From positions 1-30,873 of IMG/VR virus record IMGVR_UViG_3300037458_000305: a stretch of DNA of 30,873 bases. The stretch is one strand, 5' to 3'. Positions 24,495 through 30,873 of this stretch are shown here, one piece after another (position 1 is the stretch's first letter; each line of letters starts with the position of its first letter). The notes beneath the pieces are model-generated. The model was not told where the DNA came from. It searched no databases and worked only from the letters and a program-made list of their open reading frames with translations. The DNA is from a virus (taxonomy: Duplodnaviria; Caudoviricetes). Position numbers and translations under genes: made by a program.

Positions 24495-25529
24495 CTAGTG
24501 CTGAATGATCTTGCGTGATACGAAAAGCTGACGGCGCGGGACCAGCAGCACGTCGTCGGATGAAATGAAGCTCACGGGGATGCCTTCCGCGTTAGAGGCG
24601 GCGCCGTCCGTCGTGACGAACAGGTAGTACGTGGTGTCGTAGGCCAGCGCGCCGCGAGTTGCCGTGATGTCGATCTCGGTATCGCTCCAGCCCTCGCTCT
24701 GTACCGTCTGCGTCACCGCGCCCGTCGCCGGGTTGCTGCTGCTGGTGCCGATGCGTACCGATCCCGTTCCCTGCGATGCGCCGAAGCCCGTGCCCGTGAT
24801 CGTGACCGAAGCGCCGGGGGCGAAGGTGGACGGGGAGACGGTGGTGATGGCGGGGCCGGAGGAGCCTTCTAGCAGGGCGATGCCGCCGATGACAACGCGC
24901 TCGTCAGAGCTGACGTTGACCGATCCAGAAACGGAATCCGTGCTCGTCAGGCGGCGGTGAGACAGCACGAGAGTGCTTTCACGCGCAGCGATGAGCGTGT
25001 TTGCAGATGCGTTGCCCAAGCACTGTACGCCGAACGTGCTGATGCCGATTGACAGCAGCAGCGCAGGCTGCGCTGATAGCGTGCCAAGCGCAGGGCCGTT
25101 GCGGTCGCCGGCGCCTGGATAGTTGTAATACTGCACGCCGATGGCGAGCAGCACAGACGAAACATCCGCCAGCCCGGACACCTCCACCGCGCAGACGCCA
25201 ATCACATCGGAATTCGCGCCGATGGTGTCGGTGAATGAGCATGCGGTCGTTGCGGCAGTCGTACACTCAGCCGCGAATACATGCACCTGCTTGGACGCTC
25301 CGCCTGATGCGTTCGGGATCGAGAAGCCGATGCGCGTGAAAGTCTCGCCACCAGAGCGGGCAGCAGTCGGAGCGGCGTCAACGGTCGGTGATGCGTCCCA
25401 GCGGTCCACTATCCCGACAATCAGCAGCATGTTTCCCGGCGTGGTGTTGCCGGGGAAAACCGGGGTGGTGCCCGTGCCGCCCGTGACGCTACCGTTCCAG
25501 CCGGTCGTCTGGACAATCGAGTAAGCCAT
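24495..25529 (-). CDS. Beta-domain + IPT/TIG (Ig-like) domain protein with a short basic C-terminal tag
   Basis: PAITTVSP...GASVTITGTGFGASQGTGSV...WSDTEI is a typical IPT/TIG domain; no signal peptide. Confidence 0.75.
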   Translation of the reverse strand: MAYSIVQTTGWNGSVTGGTGTTPVFPGNTTPGNMLLIVGIVDRWDASPTVDAAPTAARSGGETFTRIGFSIPNASGGASKQVHVFAAECTTAATTACSFTDTIGANSDVIGVCAVEVSGLADVSSVLLAIGVQYYNYPGAGDRNGPALGTLSAQPALLLSIGISTFGVQCLGNASANTLIAARESTLVLSHRRLTSTDSVSGSVNVSSDERVVIGGIALLEGSSGPAITTVSPSTFAPGASVTITGTGFGASQGTGSVRIGTSSSNPATGAVTQTVQSEGWSDTEIDITATRGALAYDTTYYLFVTTDGAASNAEGIPVSFISSDDVLLVPRRQLFVSRKIIQH

Positions 25530-27964
25530 TACACTGCGCTCCTGAAGGGATGCGGGTAGGTGTACTTGCTATAGCCGGGCTTCGCTGCACCACTGGTAAT
25601 GAGATCGCGGCCTATGTTCGCGCCCGGCGTGCTACCAGAGCCGCCGACTGAACTAGCGCGCGGCCCGCTGTTGTTCCAGAAGTAAATGGGATCTGATACG
25701 TAGGCAGATCCATTGTGTCCGCATCCGGCCTGCCGAGGCTTCGGCCAGCTCGATCCGTCCCAACTCATATTGTTAGTGCCGGATTCGATTGCGCACTGAA
25801 AAAGTGACGGCTGGCTGTAATCCCCTGTCGTCGCATTGTTCGCCACGTTGTCAGTAAAGACGCCGTGGCCAGCGCGGAACCATGTGTAGCGGCCCGCAAG
25901 GTTTCTCGGCTGAGTCGATGACGAGAAAGTGTTGTTATAGAACTCGATGAATCGGCCACCCCACGATGACGTAAACCCGTGGGTAATCCACGGAGAACCG
26001 TTCAGCGTGCAGTAACGGACGACAACCCGGCCCCTGTCATCAACGTCATTCGACTGCGTAAGGTGGAAAGTCGAATCCTCAATGTAGACGTTCTGGTCGC
26101 CGTTCGTGTCGAGCGAACCAAGCGTGCTGGCCGTAGTCCACGCACGCGGCGACTTGAAGTGAATACACATACCCGCGATGTCAGGGCCGACATCAGACCC
26201 GCTTGCGGGGAACGACGAGCCATCAATGCGGATGTTCCAGGCAACGCCGCCAGTGCAGAGCCACACAATAACGCCAACGGCCTCCGCTGAACCAAAACGG
26301 CTATTGTTCTGAAAGGCGCAGTCCCAAATAAGCGGGACTTTGCTGCCAGTGCCCTCAAGCCTTATGTAAGGCGCAGTAGTACCGCCAGCGTTAAACCTAA
26401 TGCCGCCCACGCCACCGTGATGCGAGTTGCCGGTGTTGAATGTAAAGAGCGGCGTCCCTGACGATGCGTTCGTAATCGTCACGTTGCGCGTCATCGTTCC
26501 GCCGCTTGTCGGAGTGATGTTCTGCGCCCGAATAATGATCTGCTTCGACGTGGTAATGCCGCCGTTCCAAGTGGCCGTGCCATTCGGGATCAGCACCGTG
26601 TCGCCGTCCTGCGCGGCATTCACGGCGGCTTGCACGTCGGCAAGGGAGGCAGAGGCAGCGGTAATCGTCCCGCCCACGCTCGCCGCGCTCGTCGTCGCAT
26701 TCGCGCTCGCGCTCCACGCGCCGAAGTTCCCGGCGGCGTCTCGTGCCCGCACGCGGAAGTGGTACGTGGTCGAGGCCCCGAGGCCCGTAGCGGGGTAACT
26801 CGTGACGTTGCCGACATCCTGCTGCCACAGGTTCGCCGTGAAGCCCGCGTCGGTGGCGCGCTGCACTTCGTAGCTGGTCACGCCCACGTTATCCGTGGCG
26901 TCGTTCCACGTCAGGCTGATCGAACTGGACGAGAGGGCCGTAGCCGACAGGCCGGTGACCTGCGAGGGCGGCGTGCCATCCACCACGGCCGGCGCCATCG
27001 GCCCGACGTACTGCGTGGCGATGACGATGTTGTCATACCACTTGTCGTTGATCTGCGAGGACGCCTGCGAGCCGTTCTGGAACTCGACGCGATCAAGGCG
27101 TACAGCCGTCGAATCGCGGAATCGGACATTCTGCCAGTCCGCGACCAGCACGCCGTCCTGCCACACCGCCACGCGCCCGTCACGTTGCCCAGGCGTATTG
27201 AGCTTCACCATCAATTCGGAGCAAACCCACTGCCCGCGAGGCGGGACGATCTCGGGCCGCGCCACGAAGTTCGGGCCGAAGCCGCCGTCCGGGCCGTCGC
27301 CGTTCGTCGTGCGCCCGCTCGGATACCAGTTCTCGCCGTAGGCGTCGTTCTGCTCGGGGTGGTAGATGTACAGGCGGTACTTGCCCGGTTCCGCAGCGTC
27401 CCCGTAGTTCACGGCTTCCCACAAGATGGCCGCGAAACTCGCGCTCGGACCCTGCCCCGGCCCCGTGTAGCGGCCCGTGATCGCGATGCCGTTGTGCCCG
27501 CCGGGGTTGAAGCCCGCGTAATTAGCGGCAAAGCGCGTGTAGCAGCGGACGAACAGCGTGTCCTGGTCCGCGATGTTCTTTACCACCGCGTTCGACACTT
27601 CGGAACCGCTCTGCGGCATCCGCAGGCGCAGCGAGCGCGTGCCGCTGAACGCCTGCGCGGTGTCGATCAGCGTATTGCCCGCTTGGAAGTAATTGTTCCA
27701 GTTGCCAGAACTGGTGAGTTGCGAAGTGGTCGTGTAACTCTCGAAAGTGTCCGCGAAGATGACCGCCGCATTCCCCGTGATGCCGCCGTCAGCCGGATAG
27801 GCGGCGGCAAGGCCGTCACCCTCGGGTAGCGGCGGGAACAGCAGCGCCTCACGAGCCGCAAGCGTCGCCCCGCGCAACGTCGAGGCGAAGTTCGCCGGCG
27901 ACGGCCCGGACGGCGGCGGCTCTATGAACGCTCGCGGGACGGGACGGACCTTGCGGCGCGACAC
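25529..27964 (-). CDS. Multidomain glycan-directed protein: polysaccharide-lyase-like jelly roll + FN3 + right-handed beta-helix
   Basis: GQWVCSELMVKLNTPGQRDGRVAVWQDG...WYDNIVIA; LTWNDATDNVGVTSY...YHFRVRARDAAGN; VQAAVNAAQDGDTVLIPNG...YTYPHP. Confidence 0.75.
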   Translation of the reverse strand: MSRRKVRPVPRAFIEPPPSGPSPANFASTLRGATLAAREALLFPPLPEGDGLAAAYPADGGITGNAAVIFADTFESYTTTSQLTSSGNWNNYFQAGNTLIDTAQAFSGTRSLRLRMPQSGSEVSNAVVKNIADQDTLFVRCYTRFAANYAGFNPGGHNGIAITGRYTGPGQGPSASFAAILWEAVNYGDAAEPGKYRLYIYHPEQNDAYGENWYPSGRTTNGDGPDGGFGPNFVARPEIVPPRGQWVCSELMVKLNTPGQRDGRVAVWQDGVLVADWQNVRFRDSTAVRLDRVEFQNGSQASSQINDKWYDNIVIATQYVGPMAPAVVDGTPPSQVTGLSATALSSSSISLTWNDATDNVGVTSYEVQRATDAGFTANLWQQDVGNVTSYPATGLGASTTYHFRVRARDAAGNFGAWSASANATTSAASVGGTITAASASLADVQAAVNAAQDGDTVLIPNGTATWNGGITTSKQIIIRAQNITPTSGGTMTRNVTITNASSGTPLFTFNTGNSHHGGVGGIRFNAGGTTAPYIRLEGTGSKVPLIWDCAFQNNSRFGSAEAVGVIVWLCTGGVAWNIRIDGSSFPASGSDVGPDIAGMCIHFKSPRAWTTASTLGSLDTNGDQNVYIEDSTFHLTQSNDVDDRGRVVVRYCTLNGSPWITHGFTSSWGGRFIEFYNNTFSSSTQPRNLAGRYTWFRAGHGVFTDNVANNATTGDYSQPSLFQCAIESGTNNMSWDGSSWPKPRQAGCGHNGSAYVSDPIYFWNNSGPRASSVGGSGSTPGANIGRDLITSGAAKPGYSKYTYPHPFRSAV

Positions 27965-27967
27965 GGG

Positions 27968-28531
27968 TCAGGCGTTGCCTTCGTTGAACGTCCAGCCGTC
28001 CACCAGCACCTGCTGACCCGAGGCGAGCGAGGTATTGTTCAGCTCCAGCAGGCCCACGGCGTCCTCGACGTAGTCCCACGCGGCCGTGCCGTCGCTGATG
28101 TTCGTGCCGGTGCCGGTCGGCCCGCCGCTGCTGTTGCTCGTGCCGTTCGTGACGCAGACGTACACGTTGCTGCCGTTCACGACGCGATGGCCGATGCTGT
28201 AGGCGGTCGATGCCTGCCACACCTGTGCGCACGGACCCTGCGCGTGGCAGGTCGTGCCGTCCGAGGCATACAGGCGCCAGTGGCCCGCGAAGCCGGTGGC
28301 GTCGGCGGACGCATCCTGCCAGGTGCCGGACTTCGCCTTGCTGCCCGAGCTGGCCGCGGCCATCCAGTCCGACGGAAGCGTCATGTCCGCGAGCGCCGTG
28401 CCGGCGTTGGCAGACGCACACGAGGCCGGCTTCGTGCCGGTGCGGATCATCAGCCGCGCCGACGTGCCGACGCTGGATTCGATCTGGTCGAGCCGGGCGT
28501 TACGCACCAGCACGCTGAACTGCAAAGCCAT
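27968..28531 (-). CDS. Small fibre subunit ('bead', 187 aa) with an inserted CBM5/12-like module; first late gene
   Basis: GAGGAG RBS, ATG 28531; RNARLDQIE...ADATGFAGHWRL...SLASGQQV pattern, with a WQASTAYSIGHRVVNGSNVYVC insert. Confidence 0.75.
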   Translation of the reverse strand: MALQFSVLVRNARLDQIESSVGTSARLMIRTGTKPASCASANAGTALADMTLPSDWMAAASSGSKAKSGTWQDASADATGFAGHWRLYASDGTTCHAQGPCAQVWQASTAYSIGHRVVNGSNVYVCVTNGTSNSSGGPTGTGTNISDGTAAWDYVEDAVGLLELNNTSLASGQQVLVDGWTFNEGNA

Positions 28532-28569
28532 GGTCACTCCTCGCGGCTCTGCCGCGCTTGATGCTGACG

Positions 28570-28593
28570 AAGAAAAGCCCGCGCGAGGCGGGC
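28570..28593 (-). terminator. Intrinsic terminator in the late leader
   Basis: GCCCGC-CTCGC-GCGGGC followed by TTTTCTT on the minus strand. Confidence 0.65.
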
Positions 28594-28692
28594 GGAGGCC
28601 CGCGCGCATGTCGAACACGCAGGCATGGGGATAGGTGGCGCCGCACCGGCCGGCAGGACAGGGAGTGGATCGTGCGTGTGCCGAGGGCGCCG

Positions 28693-28726
28693 GAAACGAC
28701 GAAGCCCCGCACGAGGGCGGGGCTTC
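28693..28726 (-). terminator. tR'-like hairpin just downstream of the late promoter
   Basis: Perfect 10-bp stem GAAGCCCCGC/GCGGGGCTTC with a 6-nt loop; weak U tract (TTCGTCGTTT). Confidence 0.6.
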
Positions 28727-28752
28727 TGGTGGAGACACTGCTCCGGGGTCGA

Positions 28753-28781
28753 AATCTACGCCGGTGGCGCGGCGGCGTCAA
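28753..28781 (-). promoter_or_regulatory. Sigma70 late promoter (pR'-like)
   Basis: TTGACG-17 bp-TAGATT; the -35 box overlaps the stop codon of the Q-like gene. Confidence 0.75.
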
Positions 28782-29287
28782 CCATCGTCGTCCTCGAGGT
28801 CGGTCGTGCGCTTCCTGACGTGCCCGACTCCGATCCGCACCCACTCCCGCATGGCCTCCCGAAGGTCCCGGTACTTCGGCGCCAGCTCGCGCTGCCAGCC
28901 GGCACCCTCCTCGCACGCCAGATGGGCATCCAGAGGTCGGACTACGTGGGCGTACAGCACCAGGGAGCAGAGCGCCTCATCGTACAGGTGCCCGCCGATC
29001 CGCTCCGGCCAGCGCCCGGCCTGGATCTTTCCCCGGGCGAGCTCGGCCAGGGCGCGGTACAGGCCGAACCGGCTGTTCTCGTCGCCGAGCACCAGGTAGT
29101 GCAGCGCGGCCGACACCCGCTCGCGGACCGGCGCGGGCACCCCGGCCTCCTTCATGCCGGCGAGCGCGAAGCCGACGTCCTCGGCGGTGAGGCCATCGCT
29201 GGTCCCGGCGCCGCCGAAGATCCGATCCTTCTCGAGCGCCAACCCTTTCGCAGTCCCGGCCATCAGCACCCTCTCAGGATCGCTCAT
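28778..29287 (-). CDS. Putative late antiterminator (Q-like)
   Basis: Last early gene before the promoter and hairpins; SDGLTAEDVGFALAGM and W..ELAPKY resemble lambda-Q-family N- and C-terminal segments. Confidence 0.55.
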   Translation of the reverse strand: MSDPERVLMAGTAKGLALEKDRIFGGAGTSDGLTAEDVGFALAGMKEAGVPAPVRERVSAALHYLVLGDENSRFGLYRALAELARGKIQAGRWPERIGGHLYDEALCSLVLYAHVVRPLDAHLACEEGAGWQRELAPKYRDLREAMREWVRIGVGHVRKRTTDLEDDDG

Positions 29288-29486
29288 TCCGCCCTCCCCG
29301 CCTCACCCGCCACCGTCCGTCCTCGCCGACCTCGATGAAGCCCCTGTTCTTCCAGTCGCAGACGACTTTCCCGACCGCATCCGGCAGCACCCGCGGCCAC
29401 TGGATCCTGACCCAGCGGATCAGCTCGCCGATCCTGGCCGGGGCCTCGGCGAGGCGCCACAGCAGCACGTCAGGGAGCCTCACCAT
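29274..29486 (-). CDS. Small hypothetical protein, possible winged helix
   Basis: Overlaps both neighbours; WKNRGFIEVGEDGRWRV looks wing-like. Confidence 0.55.
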   Translation of the reverse strand: MVRLPDVLLWRLAEAPARIGELIRWVRIQWPRVLPDAVGKVVCDWKNRGFIEVGEDGRWRVRRGGRNERS

Positions 29487-30007
29487 CGGCGGAGGCGCGG
29501 CGGGGGCGGCGGCGGGGGCGGCGGCGGGGGCAATGGTGGATTACCTTCCGCACGCTTGATGTCCAGGTAGTCGCTGATGATGTCGGCCGCCTGCTGCCAG
29601 CCGTGCGCCACCTCGGTCCGGTAACCGAACTCGGCCAGCAGGCGCAGCTGGTCGTTTTGGCCGTCGGTCGTGGGGTAGACCCTCACGCCTGGGGACGCGG
29701 GCCGCTTGAGTTCGATGAACAGCCCGCCGAAACCGTCGCGCGGGACGTGCAGCATGTAGTCGGGGAAGCTCTTCCGGACTCCCATGCGCTTGAGGCGGCC
29801 TGCCTCGCGCGGGTTGCGCTTGCCGCCGGCCGGGTAGTGGATCAGCAGCTCGCTGATCGGCCGGCCGCGGTACTGGCGGACCTTGGCCCAGGACATGAGC
29901 GCCATGGACTCGCCGTCCTCGATGTGACGGGGGCGACGCCGTGCCGCCTTCCTGGCCACCGCCTCGGCGACCCCGGCAGTCTGCAGTTGGCGCCAGGCGC
30001 GGCTCAT
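29480..30007 (-). CDS. VRR-NUC (PD-(D/E)xK) nuclease with a polyproline tail
   Basis: LKRMGVRKSFPD...LFIELK...Q motifs. Confidence 0.85.
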   Translation of the reverse strand: MSRAWRQLQTAGVAEAVARKAARRRPRHIEDGESMALMSWAKVRQYRGRPISELLIHYPAGGKRNPREAGRLKRMGVRKSFPDYMLHVPRDGFGGLFIELKRPASPGVRVYPTTDGQNDQLRLLAEFGYRTEVAHGWQQAADIISDYLDIKRAEGNPPLPPPPPPPPPPPRLRRW

Positions 30008-30120
30008 CGCACCAGCCAGGCGGCGAGGTAGGCCAGGGCAGCCATGGCGACCCAGCCGACCAGGCCGAGGCCTACGCCGAGCACGATCCCGCGGGCCGCG
30101 GCGAGCGGATCGTCGCTCAC
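30004..30120 (-). CDS. Small membrane peptide (38 aa)
   Basis: GTGA/ATGA overlaps at both ends; one hydrophobic helix. Confidence 0.55.
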   Translation of the reverse strand: MSDDPLAAARGIVLGVGLGLVGWVAMAALAYLAAWLVR

Positions 30121-30689
30121 GACAGCGCCTCCAGCGCGGCGATCGCGGCGGCGATCTTCGCCTGCCGATCTCGAAGATCGGCCAGCATCTGCTCGCGGAT
30201 GGAGCGCATCCCCGCGTCGGCCGGCGGCGACACCTTGGGGCGCGTGCTGCCGACTTGGGCGAGGCTGGTGATGGCGGACTGGCTCATGCTGGACTTCCTC
30301 CCATTGGACTTGGCCGCGTTGGAGCGGCACTGAAGGCACTGCGCGATCGGGCGATTGTGTCGCTTGACCATCAGGTCGGCGGCCTTCCGCTCCCCGCAGG
30401 TCAGGCAGGTCTTTGAGTCTTCATCCGTGATCGCGGCGAGGGCGGCCAGCGGCGCTGGCCTGGCTTCCTGCGGCGGCTGGAGATGCGCATACGCGGGCCG
30501 GCCCACCATCGAGGCGCCAGGGCGCCCGACGTAGCCGAGATTCGTCACCAGGGACTTGTCGCGCGCCATGCCGCGCAGCGCGCAGTCCACGGCGTTTCGA
30601 TCGTACTCGGCGAGCGCCTCGTAGACCTCGGCGATCGGCACCATCCGGGCCTCCGGCAGTGAGTCCATGATGGCGTCGCGGATCTTCAC
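30117..30689 (-). CDS. Hypothetical protein with an HTH-like N-terminus and a CxxC...CxxC zinc finger
   Basis: CLTC...CLQC; C-terminal coiled coil; coupled overlaps with neighbours. Confidence 0.7.
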   Translation of the reverse strand: MKIRDAIMDSLPEARMVPIAEVYEALAEYDRNAVDCALRGMARDKSLVTNLGYVGRPGASMVGRPAYAHLQPPQEARPAPLAALAAITDEDSKTCLTCGERKAADLMVKRHNRPIAQCLQCRSNAAKSNGRKSSMSQSAITSLAQVGSTRPKVSPPADAGMRSIREQMLADLRDRQAKIAAAIAALEALS

Positions 30690-30871
30690 CGCGGGCCGGC
30701 CCCGGAGATCTGCGCGGCGAGCTCGCGCTCATCGACCATGGCACGCAGCTTCGCGGTGTCCTCGAGGTTCAGCTCGGTCTCGGTGACGGCGATGTCCGGC
30801 CAGTCCACGACGTCGAAGGAGGACACCTCGCCGGGCGCCTGCCGCCTGGCCTTCGCTTCGGCCCAGTCGAA
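30686..30871 (-). CDS. 3' end of a hypothetical gene starting beyond the window
   Basis: Open frame FDWAEAKARR...ISGAGPR* whose TGA overlaps the next GTG. Confidence 0.55.
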   Translation of the reverse strand, partial: FDWAEAKARRQAPGEVSSFDVVDWPDIAVTETELNLEDTAKLRAMVDERELAAQISGAGPR

Positions 30872-30873
30872 GT

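Larger units (their letters stand above)
1..30873. mobile_element. Temperate lambda-like siphophage genome segment (excised/circular form; both window ends lie within the phage)
   Basis: Integrase, attP, lysis, tail, head, terminase, cos and Q-like genes in lambdoid order; no host housekeeping genes seen. Confidence 0.96.

Noticed and set aside
24495-27964. Host-derived secreted-enzyme moron or defence island
   Set aside because: No signal peptides or separate promoter seen; the genes are coupled within the late operon and share motifs with the rope protein.
28532-28738. N-terminal extensions in the ORF track (also 399-524, 2642-2743, 2860-3210, 4099-4224, 21083-21367)
   Set aside because: Downstream starts have better RBS or stop-start overlaps; the extensions run through other genes or regulatory hairpins.

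Overview
The whole window is part of a high-GC temperate, lambda-like siphophage of a Gram-negative (probably proteobacterial) host. It appears to be the excised or circular form: an uncut attP (3' half of tRNA-Arg(ACG) with arm-type repeats) lies between the integrase and the lysis genes, and an intact lambda-type cos site lies upstream of the terminase. The + strand (1-1928) carries a hypothetical gene, a probable excisionase, a tyrosine integrase and a small Cys-rich ORF. The - strand, in transcription order, carries nin-like early genes (Zn-finger protein, VRR-NUC nuclease), a Q-like antiterminator, a sigma70 late promoter with two hairpins, a ~7.5 kb accessory fibre module, a displaced gpZ-like gene, cos, terS/terL, head genes (fused protease-capsid), tail genes (G/GT frameshift, short tape measure, 1662-aa tail tip), small membrane/lipoproteins and an endolysin-holin-Rz/Rz1 cassette. 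The most unusual part is the pre-cos module (21082-28531). It looks like a modular 'beads-on-a-rope' fibre: a 792-aa protein with ~15 beta-strand repeats and 5 inserted peptides, two small subunits, an adaptor, and two glycan-directed multidomain proteins whose termini copy the rope's motifs. All protein calls come from motif recognition and gene order, not database searches.
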